In this document: piece by piece, positions 53,632 to 64,000 of the stretch
How the letters are laid out: each line of letters begins with the position of its first letter
How positions within the stretch are numbered: the first letter of the stretch is position 1
Source of the DNA: Tubulanus polymorphus
Taxonomy: Eukaryota; Animalia; Nemertea
DNA: 64,000 nt
Direction: 5' to 3'
Assembly: GCF_964204645.1 (NCBI RefSeq)
Contig: NC_134029.1
Location: 8,148,850-8,212,849, forward strand
Position numbers and translations under genes: made by a program
The notes under the pieces: model-generated
The model's database searches: none
What the model was told of the DNA's origin: nothing
Seen by the model: only the letters and a program-made list of their open reading frames with translations

Positions 53632-56031
53632 TCAAATATAAATATTCAATGTTTTAAATATGAATTATTTCACTCACACTTTTATATTGAATAATCTATC
53701 CGATTTATATGTTATTCATATATATTTTATTCATGTATATGAATATTTTAAGAGTAATAGGGGTAATGGGCTTTCAGGTTAAAGGTTGAATGGTCGAGTT
53801 CATTAAAAAATGAAAAATATGAAAATAATAACAATTTCTACTTGAATTAGGAGTGAAACTCATAAAAAATGAAAAATAATTCTCACACGCTCGAATTTAT
53901 TTCACTCACACTTTACTCACACTTTTTTCTAGCGAGTAAAAATGAAAAATAAATTCGAGTGTGTGAGAATTATTTTTCATTTTTTATGAGTTTCGCGAGT
54001 AATTCAAGTAGAAATTGTTATTATTTTCATGTTTTTCATTTTTTACGAGCTCGACCGTTCGACCTTTGGTATGAGAGCCCATTACCCCTATTACTGCCGG
54101 GTCAATTCGCCGATGTCGAGACGATTCTCTGTAACCCGAGTGCATGTGTCGAAAACGAATTAACTATTTCGTATATCGTCATTTTGTTAATCTGGTATCT
54201 AATCTATTGCTGTAAATTATTCAGGAACTAATTGGAATGAAATGAAATTTCATGTCTTGATTGTTTACGATTTATTTTCATGTACTGCGCGTTATATGAC
54301 GTATCGTGGTCATTCCATTATTTCAAAGCTGAAAAAACGTGTTTGCAACAGAACAGGAACGGAATCAGTGCTCCTTATTATGCAAAATGTATATTCGAAG
54401 AGCGATCTGCTAAGTTTGAAATATTTCGATTACTTATTCAAGTTGCATAAACCCAGCTTTTTGGCAATATGAAGTCCTTCCATTAGCTTTTATTTTACGC
54501 GTTATTTAACTGGTACATGTCATGAAACCTCGCGAAATGAATAACATTCTAAGTGGCCCGAATCAGCCAACATATGAAACCCAAGGACCGCATTTTTTAT
54601 CGCGCGTCAAAAAATATCTTGAATTTACTTCCACCTTGAAATATTTCAGTTTCCGTGAACCCAACTTCTTTATTTTTTCCAGAGGTTAAAAACCGTTATT
54701 AGCAATTTACGTGTGCGTTTGAATTTTTGAATTTTTGAACATTTTCCTCACAACTGATCTCTGACAACTTGAGTTTTTGAGATTACGCGCCAGAGAGGAC
54801 TTGTGCGAACCGCCATTTCACTAAACATCGAGATCTCTTCAAATTTTCAGTATGGAGAATTCTTTTCATCCCAATATCTTATTTCTTGTGTGTACTGTAT
54901 TGGCGGGAGAATACTTCGTCTAGCTTGGTTTCCGGTTTGGCCCGCCATAGTGAATATGAAATCGGCGACAGAGGACCACCATCGACAAAACGCAGTGAGA
55001 AATATAAAAACAATTTAAATATTCATTGCATATGCGATAGCAGTTATGCTACAAGTATTTCGAGGATATACACGAGATGAAAATATGATACGGTTAATTA
55101 ATTCATATGCAACTATCGGTTATCGCAAATCGTTGATGTAGCCTTTACCGTGTGCATTGTTAGCCCATATAAACATGTAAATTCCGTATGTAATTCTATT
55201 GAAAATGTTGTTTTTTTCTATGCTTATCGCACGAAGTATGATTTTAGGCTGTTTCCCACTTGCTTGTGCCGAATGGAGTTGTTGATGTTTGAGTTTTGAA
55301 TAATTCTCACTAAAACGTAGCTATAAGCTCAGCTCTTGCCGAGGCTGAATGGTTGGTATAGTATTTTAGTAATTTAAATTCTTTATTCTAGTAAGTTAAA
55401 TAATTTGTACATAGTTTTCTGTTTGAACGGATCTTATCAAGAATGACAACGGATCGAGGCATATGCAGTTCTAGTACGCAAATGTAAATCGTCAACTTAT
55501 AAGGCCCATAATTGAAAAATAACATTCTTAGTTTGTTTTCTGCTTCTATTGTTTCAAAATCTTAACTCCTAGGCGACATTGCCAATGTTCTTGAAGCCCT
55601 TCGTTCGGGAAAGTGCAAGCAACGTCTACAACGGCATATTCCGTGTGGTTTTGCTGATAATAACGTAGAAAACATATTTTTGTCGCTGTATGTTGTGACC
55701 TTCGGTATTATTGTGTGCAACGACTTTAAAGCTTTCGTTACAAGATTAATGACGTTTAAGCTACTGAACTGCAATATCTATGCCCTTTAGATATGGAAAT
55801 ACATAAGCCTAACCAGCGAAATAGTTGTCTACTTAAGAATTTGCGTAAGTATTAGCACCGTTGAATGATACAATGTTGCATAGTAAAATATTTCTTAGGC
55901 TAAACAAAAATGATACTTTGTTTCTCCTAATCGGCCTGGTCGCTTTTGTAAACTGCAATGAAATGTGTAATCTGTTCTATTTGTATTTCTATAGCTGCCA
56001 GTTGAGATACGAGGAATTAAACTAGACTTAC

Positions 56032-56869
56032 CGTTATCAACTAGCGAAACGAAACCATCTAGACTAATGAAATTTGAGTCAACTGATTCTTTCTCATAAA
56101 CTAACTACGAACTATAATCTAAAATTAATTGAACTTACGGATACCTGAAAATATCATACGTACCCGGAACGTTACAAAATTCAAATCGCTTTTTAGGATC
56201 TGTTGTGTAACACCATATGCATTTGTCGTGGTCAGGATTACGACAGTAATTCTTTGCTTTAACCAGGTCTTTTTCTGGGAAATTGCGAGGGTTGCTCGGT
56301 TGAGAGCTTTTCCTATGGGGTAAATTGACGGCCCATCTTTGACATGTTCGACCAGAAACCGTCTGATTCACTTTCCCGGAGTAGTACAACCCCTTATGTG
56401 GCAGTGGGCACTTGATGGACGCTGAAATAAACCGATACCGTTTCATGTATTTTAGCACAGCGGATAAAAACTCGCTTAATGAGAAAATATTTCCCTGATT
56501 TTCGACTAAAGGTAGGCCCATTCATCCCCGGTTGAAGTCACTGGCTCGACGCTGGCACACCACTCTCTTCAGGCACACCACCGCCGAAAAAATGGTATAT
56601 GTTTCCATCAACAAAATAGGCCCCATTTTTTCTGCAAACGCCTTCCTCTTGATTCTTGGATTATTAGATATTCGAGTAGTTTTTCATGAAGGTATAAGTG
56701 TAAGTAACAAAGAATCAATCTTCTTTTGTTTGTATGTATTGTTTCACAAGAATGTTATAGATGATTCTACAAAAATGAACTTACCCGAATCGCTGTTGTA
56801 GTAGAATAATATGATGAAAATTAACACATCCAGAACTGCCAAACTAGAATGGTAAATTCTGAAAACCAT
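56032..56869 (-). pseudogene. Secreted kringle-domain gene copy 3; exons 56785-56869, 56164-56421, 56032-56100
   Basis: MVFRIYHSSLAVLDVLIFIILFYYNSDS|ASIKCPLPHKGLYYSGKV...FEFCNVP|VYEKESV: three exons in frame but the last kringle Cys appears as Tyr, and the next candidate exon (~55570-55768) opens with a stop. Status uncertain. Confidence 0.65.
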
Positions 56870-57669
56870 TTTGTGCTAAGAATTTTGCCGATGACTTTTT
56901 TTGTGCGCTGGTTATTCTAAGAATGCCAAAGCGCGCATGGCGATATCATCTGCACGCCGATATAGCGTGTTGACATCCTGCAGGACTCTCCGTATAGGTA
57001 TATACGCCAGTACACATGTTACAGATTTTCTAGAAGATGCTTTCTTGTCGTTCATCAGCTACCTACAGTTTCTTCAATTTCACGACTTGTGAAACTTAAT
57101 TGACTTTTCAATGGTAAGAGATGAAGATTATTCTGGTTACCGACCTGGTAATCGAGCCTTCCATTTTAATTTGGATGACTGATTATCAGATGTCGACTGA
57201 TTCTGTACGTAAATTTGTCGATTTAGACATCCTGAACATATCTGAAATTAACCCTCATACAATAACCCGTTCGAAAATCATCCCCAAAGAATAACCATCC
57301 TCCTTTCAAATCGTCCGAGAATAATACACTATCAACTATACAATAATTTTGGCTATTTTCTATACATATAGGGTTAGTAACATAGATTAGAAGGATTTGG
57401 ATATAAGGTAGTCATGTAGTCGGTATATGACTGCCATATGGTTCCTATCTGTTTGACCAGTTCCATTAATTCAAGGGTCAGGGAATTGCCTGCCATTAAT
57501 AAGAGATTTCGTTCGTTTGATCGAAAAGATTATTACGTTCCCAAGAAAAAAAATTATTGGTTCTCGGGCTTCCGTTACGAGACGCTTGTGTGTCAGTGTG
57601 TCTTTCAGCGATTTTGCTTCGTTAATAGTAGGTCGAGCTTGGTTAAACTTTTGTACAATGTTAGTATGG

Positions 57670-58464
57670 TATGGTGGCTGATTAGGGCCAAGTTAAAAAA
57701 AAAAATTCCGTGCAATATACCATGCAAAAAATATATTACTTCGTTTCTGCGTCCGTTTCTGCGTTGCGCAAAAACGAAATTTACCGCGCAGAAACGCGCT
57801 AAAACGAGCGCAGAAATGAACTTCGTTTCTGCGCCCGTTTTGGCGCGTTTTAGCGCGGTGATTTCTCGTTTTTGCGCCGCGCAAAAACGAACTTCGTTTT
57901 TGCGTCCGTTTTTGCGCGGCGCAAAAACGAACTTCGTTTCTTCGTTCATGCGCGGTAACTAATTACGGCCTTAAAACGTTGTATTATTATACCAATTATT
58001 TTCTAATAAATTTAATTTTCAGAGTTACGTTTATACGCAATAAAACTTCCTTTATCGGTAATTTTCTGATTTTTTGCGAAAGCCAGTAGCACTGCCTTCA
58101 CGTAAGTAAACAAATTCAAATGAAATAGTTGTAATAAATTGACGTTTTGATGGGCTCTAAAATAGGCAACGTTTTAGGACGAAACGGACGAAACGAAGCG
58201 TTTTAGCGCGGTGATTTCTCGTTTTTGCGCCACGCAAAAACGAACTTCGTTTTTGCGTCCGTTTTTGCGCGGCGCAAAAACGAGAAATCACCCCGCTAAA
58301 ACGCACCAAAACGGGCGAAGAAACGAACTTCGTTTCTGCGCTCGTTTTGGCGCGTTTCTGCCGGTAAATTTCGTTTTTGCGCCACGCAGAAACGAAGCAC
58401 TATATTTTTTGCATGGTATATTGCACGGAATTTTTTTTTTACTTGGCCCTAATCAGCCACCATA
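57670..58464. mobile_element. Non-autonomous long-TIR DNA transposon, IS3EU-like
   Basis: Termini TATGGTGGCTGATTAGGGCC...GGCCCTAATCAGCCACCATA, 6-bp TSD GTATGG (57664-57669, 58465-58470), long TIRs with internal GCGCAAAAACGAA repeats. Confidence 0.75.
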
Positions 58465-59658
58465 GTATGGGGGTCAAGTTGTGCAGTGCAACGAATGTGC
58501 CCACCAGTGCGCCACCTAATGACAGAACTAGGTACTAAAAACTGTTTCGCAGCGACATGACCTTGAAGATGCGATGACCTCAATAACTGATGACCTCACT
58601 ACCTGCCTATTCTGACCGCGAATGTTGGTGGCGCAGAATTGGTCAGGCGACCAGTCTACATAACTGAGGGACGGGGTCGAAATTCAAAAAGTTGTCTTGA
58701 CAAGATTTAGCTTTCGGACCTAGATATAACATATCCAAAATGCAACGTGAACTATCGATAGCATTGGTGATTTCGGAGTACTTCATACGTCAGTGACGAC
58801 AGATTCGAGCCTGAGCCCGAGACAAGTTGTCGCCTATGGCTTGTTTTTCACCATGTCATCAGCAGGGCTCCACAAATTTAGTATAGTTATTGATGATATA
58901 TATTTTTGGTCTTGGGTTCGTGTTCAGCTCAGTTCGTGGACTCTATAACCATTAGATTCGTTTTTAGATTCCTTTTTTCGTCAAGTCTACGTTTTAATTT
59001 CAGGCGTTAACCTTTGATTTCCTTCTGGTCTGGTTTAACGCCGTCTCTTTTATTACTTCGTACAGAAAATTCATTTCCTATTTGTTTACGATATTTAACA
59101 GCTGAACGTGAGAGATTTTTTCTCTTAAAGAAAGAATTGTGGTGAATATTTTGCAAACAAGAAAAACACTTCAGTGACGGAAGGAAGCGGATATATTTTT
59201 CTGCCTAATATTCCATGGAAGACGTTCTCAGACGTTCATCCGTGTCAACCATCCTCGCTTGCCAGGGAATGACTCCCAGGCTCGCTTGGAACGGCTTTAC
59301 CTTAGTGCGTTCGAATCTCTTGACGGGTGAAGATGCCTATCAACGGAATTCGAAGAAGAATAAACAAAAATTGGATGCATAAATCTTTCAAAATTTTGTT
59401 GAATAAGATTCCTACCAGCTTTAAATGATTCAAGTGAGGACGATGATAACCGAGATTAAATGAGAGGTTCATAGTTCTTGAAAGTTTATCGACGCCTTAA
59501 AAAAATAACACATACGTAAGCCTAATATTGCTTAAAATCTTCGACAAAAATGTAATATATGATATTAACGATCAACGAAGTTATTTGAATACATCGATAA
59601 GAATAGAATTGACCGGCAACCAGTCAAGTACCGATATCAATTGCAAGTCGATAACCCA

Positions 59659-60001
59659 AGGCGTTTTTACGCATTCGATTTTTGCGATCGATCGGAGAAA
59701 CGCATTTTACGAGCACCGATTTTTTTGCGATCGATTTCACGATCGGCGATTTTACGAACACGATTTCCGATCGATTTTTGCAACAGACCAACTCGCTCGG
59801 CGAGCAATTTGGCGATCTGATTTCCAAGATAACAGCATCGGTAGTTCATAAAGATACAATCTTTTTCTAAACGTCGCCATATCTATGTCATGTGATTTGC
59901 CAAAACCATCGTCATTTTTACGAACATTCGATTCGATCGCAGGATCGGAGCAAATCGTTCACGAAATCGATCGCAAAAATCGGATGCTCGTAAAAACGCC
60001 T
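59659..60001. mobile_element. MITE (possibly Harbinger-like) rich in CGAT repeats
   Basis: TIRs AGGCGTTTTTACG...GATTTTTGCGATCGAT / ATCGATCGCAAAAATC...CGTAAAAACGCCT; no clean TSD. Confidence 0.6.
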
Positions 60002-60184
60002 CTAACGTTATTATTCTTTAATGTTACATAACATCATCGGTAGAAGAAATGCAATACACAGAAGACAAATATAGACAAAAAGTGTAATACAAGGAACACA
60101 AAAGACAACCACAAACAAACAAAAAACGAGCACAAAAGATAACCGAAACGCTGTCCCAACTAGATCTAGTTTATACATCCGTGG

Positions 60185-60936
60185 CTGGGGCGGATCTAGA
60201 CGGGAGCACGCGGAGCACGTGCTCCTGTCGCAAATTCGAGTGCCCTTTTTTAAATGAGTGCCCTTTTTGAAAAAAGTGCGAAAAAATTGTCTCAAGTAAA
60301 GGGCATAATTATTCTCAAAAAGGGCATTGTTTAGATGCGGTGGCCGTCTGTTCTCGAGAAAAGGCACAGTTATTTTTATAAAAAGGGCATATATAAAAAA
60401 CGTAGTTTCTGTCCGTTGCTGAAGTGACTCGAGTAAAAGGCGCATTATTCTCAAAAAGGGCATTTAATACACGTGGCAGTGGTCGGTCCTTATGGAAAGG
60501 GCACATTTATTTTTGAAAAGGGCATTAATTTACACGTGATTCAAATTACCTCGTCTTAATGTGTAAATCTTTCTTAGAAAATGAGATATGTGCAATCTCA
60601 TTTAGATTGTAGTTAATCAAAATTATTTTGTTATGTACCTTGTTTATTTTATAAAAAACTTAATTGCATTCTATAAAGTTCATTATCACATTGTTTCCAT
60701 ATTAATCAATTCCCATCTCTTAAAGAATTGTTGCAGAATGTCATTTTGTGTCTCAGGTGCCTGGAAATTGCATTAAAATGGGTTGAAATTCAAAAAATTT
60801 CTGGGTGAGGTCCCCCAGACCCCCCGCGAATGCTTCGCACCTTCGCCGCTCGCCTGTCATGGATAGTAACTTTTCTTTAGATTGCCCTTTTTTAATTCTG
60901 TGCTCCTGTCATTGTCTGCCTCTAGATCCGCCCCTG
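60185..60936. mobile_element. MITE with C(A/T)GGGGCGGATCTAGA termini (hAT-Tip100-like), internal AAAAGGGCA repeats
   Basis: TIRs CTGGGGCGGATCTAGA / TCTAGATCCGCCCCTG; TSD imperfect. Confidence 0.65.
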
Positions 60937-60989
60937 TCGTGGGCTCAATTAAGTACAAGTATGACGGCAGACCGCAAATCCATTAAACG

Positions 60990-61286
60990 GTAGTAGTGCC
61001 TTTCTGTATCGTTCGGTGTCGCCGTCTAACTTATAGACTGGTTTTCGGTGAGACCGGTAACCAGTCTATCTAACTTACGCGCGAATGTGACGTCACTTTG
61101 CCGCGTTAAGCGTTGTGTGGCGTTGTGTATGGCGTTGTTGATGTCAGTTTCAGTTGGTCGCGTTTGAATGTATGTAACTGACGCGTGTCTTAGTTTCACG
61201 CACCTCATTTACGTTATTCATGCCCGATATGTTACCGAATTGGTTGGATTAATCAATTAGGACGCTGTCTTCGGTGTCAGGTAAGT
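60990..61286 (+). promoter_or_regulatory. Possible promoter and non-coding first exon of a downstream gene
   Basis: CpG-rich patch, TGACGTCA at 61088-61095, strong donor CAG|GTAAGT at 61280/61281; no coding exon identified in the window. Confidence 0.3.
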
Positions 61287-62131
61287 AAAACTAAATATCG
61301 AAATTATCAGTATTAGTCAGATAGTTACTGCACAATAAGTTAGCGCTAAAATGTTACTATTAAGGAATTATTTACAAACTTATCAAATAATTGTTGCTCG
61401 TGAAGTTGTTACCTCTACAACCGAGATTGACTAACCTTTGCTATTAAGTTCTTTGCTTCTTTGAAATAAAGTTGGTGAAATGACAGCCTGTGGTACATAT
61501 GCAGGTATAGATATATGGTGTTATAATACTCCAACTTAATTCATTCCATGTAGTTAATTAATTGAAAATTGGGTTTAGAATTTGGACTTAAAGATTAGGT
61601 TTTGTAATATGTTAGCTAGAACATGCCTAATTTAGAAATATTGTCCACCAATCAGTGATATTGTTGTTAATATCAGGAAAGTAGATTAACACACGTACAA
61701 ACAGGTGATTCCAAGGGTCTTATGAGAGAGACTATTAGGCCCTCAAAATTTGGAAGGCCCTGTTTGAATGCACTTACTGTTAAAAGATTGAAACAGAAAC
61801 AGAAATTTTGTCGAAAAAAACTTTACAAGATCTTTAAAAGAATCTTTTGTAACTTATCTAGAATTCTAGAATAGGGTAATTTTCGTGTCAAAAGATGGGC
61901 AGCACCGACCTTTTCGGATTAATTGGCCAAAAAATGGCAAGATCTTGCTCATGGGTCCGCCTACAATTTTAATACTGTAAATTAAGATCCCCATTTTTTC
62001 CTCCATTCGTTTTGAGTATTTTGGCCATTGGTGTAGATCTCAGTTAAACCTTGTTTTCTACAACGACGGGAGGCCTGCATTGGTAATAGACGTCCAATGC
62101 TTCGTAGCGTTTAACTGTAGTTCCACCATGA

Positions 62132-62385
62132 CAGGGGTCGATCTAGAAAAACTGGAGGGGCGGAGTCCAGGAGAAAAGAAAAGGTATTTTCGGATGAAGT
62201 AGCCATGTCAAAGGCTATATTGGGATTCCGCCATCATTTTTAGATATTTTTTAAGAAAGGTTGCAATATCCGAGAAGATGAGTGTCAAATGAACAAGTTT
62301 TAACGATTTTGTCTGGACGAAAAGAGCAACCCGGTGAAAAGGCAGGAGTCCGGACCCCTGAGACTACCCTCTAAATCCGCCCTTG
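62132..62385. mobile_element. Degenerate MITE with the same terminal class
   Basis: CAGGGGTCGATCTAGA ... TCTAAATCCGCCCTTG. Confidence 0.5.
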
Positions 62386-64000
62386 CATTACTACCTAGTT
62401 AAATCCGTTACTGCGACTTGTGTCTCATGTCTAGTCTAACAGCTAGCTACGAGTCCTGAATTATTGCCCGGTTTAACTAGTAAACTGCGACTGGTATTGT
62501 GCATGCTCGCATTCTAGCGAATATAGCCCGCGCACGATAGCAAAAATCGACTTAAGAAGGATTAACCGTTAAGAGAGAGGGGAGTGATTGTTCGGTGTGA
62601 TTAATCCACTGCCAGGTGACGCGAACTTAAGGCATAGCCACACGTCGATGACTCGGTTACAAGGCAGACTGGCGTGGCGTGACGCGAGAGCCTTCTGGCA
62701 GCGGTCCCTATGGGGACGCGGCCTGGTAGCGCGCTCGTTTGCTAAGATAAACATTGGTCACTTACGCGTTAACAAAATTCGGCTATTGATTCTATAGTGT
62801 AATATAAATAACTCGTTGTCTTGTTCAAATTCGTAGGTTTTAAATTTATTAGCGACCGCCTGTTTTATCTTAACGTCGCGTGAATTCCCACCTTTGTCAT
62901 TTCGTCGAGACGTTTTCTTTTGAAAACGGGAAATATCGCTGGGCTATAATTCAACTAATATATTTTCTGCGCTAGTTAGAATAACTTCCCCTAATCTCCT
63001 TTTCCCGCGTCAGCTTATAAGCTCAGCAGAAAGTGAGAAACAGCATATCAATTTTTTAGCCTTATCGTTATGTCGCATTGCGTTGCTTTGATATTCCATT
63101 TTCATATACTGTTTATTTGTTATTTGAGAATTCTTCCGTAATCGACGGGTGATCTCTTAGATATTTTGCGTACTTGTTGATGACCTGTGAAAATCATCAA
63201 TGAATTCGCTTTACCCATTGCTGAGATAATAGATTTTTGGGGATACCTGCAGGGCCTGGTTACACAGTTGAGGGGTTTATAGTTAACACTGAGTTAAAAT
63301 CATTTCATTTTCAACGTTTTTACTCTTTAGCATCAAATTTTACTCAGAGCTGTGGAACTGGATCCAGCTTATGTATTATTACTAAATTTATCAAAATATC
63401 ATTCATTTAATTGATGAACCTACCGTACATTTAGTGGCGAAAGTGCTACAAACAAGTACTATCTGTCTCGTTTGACTAGAAATATCGCTTAAACGTTGAA
63501 ATGTAGATTTTGATCGAATTCTATTAATGGAGTTCATCGTCCGAATCCATAACGGCGAGGTACGATTTTTCCACTGATTGTATATTTCGTTTAATCGGGC
63601 CTTTCACCTGTGAGGGCTACGCGCGGTGAGAAGATTGATGGTTATTAGGTATTATAGCTTGGTGTATGCACGCACCGGCTTCTCTCGAGCTATCAATCAG
63701 ATACTCTGTGTGTCTGTGTACAGTGTGCGATGCTGTGACTGTTTCTTACTCGGTAAAACACGATCAACACCTTTTAGTCATCTCGTCTCTCTGTCTCTGA
63801 AGTCATTTCGAACGAAACCGTTCGTGCATCGGCTGCGGTGTTTATTCTTAATCGAGAAGTTAGTTGATATTCTGCGGATTACTCGGCCTTCGCGCATACA
63901 CCGCGAGATCGTAAACTGAGATGCCCCTTACGATTCTCGATTATTTGAGATTCATGTTTTATTGTCATTCACTTAAACGTCGTCCATGGTGCCATCGTAT

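Larger units (their letters stand above)
49063..54095. mobile_element. Non-autonomous Polinton/Maverick-like element, 5033 bp, 819-bp TIRs, 6-bp TSD
   Basis: TSD GCCGGG at 49057-49062 and 54096-54101; the empty site is visible in the intact GPCR (GTTTGAAGTCGGGTCAATTCGCC). Termini AGTAATAG...CTATTACT; TIRs 49063-49881 and 53277-54095. Element boundaries are certain; family assignment rests on termini/TSD only. Confidence 0.8.
37880..57170. repeat. Tandem segmental duplication of a GPCR(+)/kringle-gene(-) module, about 3 copies, rearranged
   Basis: Non-coding blocks recur colinearly: 39110-40345 ~ 44686-45945 ~ 54250-55420; 42745-43620 ~ 47205-48060 ~ 56305-57170; 37885-38600 ~ 48415-49062. 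Confidence 0.9.

Noticed and set aside
49063-54095. Two independent 343-bp MITE insertions, or an assembly-induced inverted duplication
   Set aside because: A single TSD flanks the whole 5 kb, inner ends lack TSDs, inverted identity extends 476 bp beyond the hairpins, and the TIRs differ by substitutions
57438-58465. 174-aa and other ORFs as a transposase
   Set aside because: Translations of internal repeats of the TIRs; no catalytic motif
60011-60506. 150-aa ORF
   Set aside because: Spans a MITE boundary and low-complexity repeats
1-64000. tRNA, rRNA or prokaryotic operon features
   Set aside because: None recognised by eye; gene structure is spliceosomal. tRNAscan/Infernal not run

Overview
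Eukaryotic (invertebrate, probably lophotrochozoan-like) genomic DNA with GT-AG introns. The left 37 kb is a compact housekeeping block: a LysMD3/4-like gene (-), a divergently transcribed 3-finger C2H2 zinc-finger gene (+) followed by ~9.5 kb without substantial ORFs, RPP40 (-) and PIGO (-), with many MITEs. From ~37.9 to 57.2 kb lies a decaying tandem segmental duplication of a two-gene module (intronless rhodopsin-class GPCR on +, secreted kringle-domain gene on -), with one intact GPCR and several pseudogene copies. The most striking feature is a young 5,033-bp AT-rich element at 49063-54095 inserted into a GPCR pseudogene. It has a 6-bp TSD (GCCGGG), AG...CT termini and 819-bp nearly identical TIRs, the signature of Polintons/Mavericks. 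Each TIR begins with a 343-bp internal palindrome. The element has no recognisable polymerase, integrase or capsid gene; it carries virus-like small zinc-finger/TM ORFs and a ~1.8-kb 24-bp tandem array. A diverged relic of the same family lies at ~40.4-40.8 kb. Also noted: a dispersed palindromic repeat whose core matches a minimal type I hammerhead ribozyme, and an IS3EU-like non-autonomous element. All calls come from manual reading; no database searches were run.
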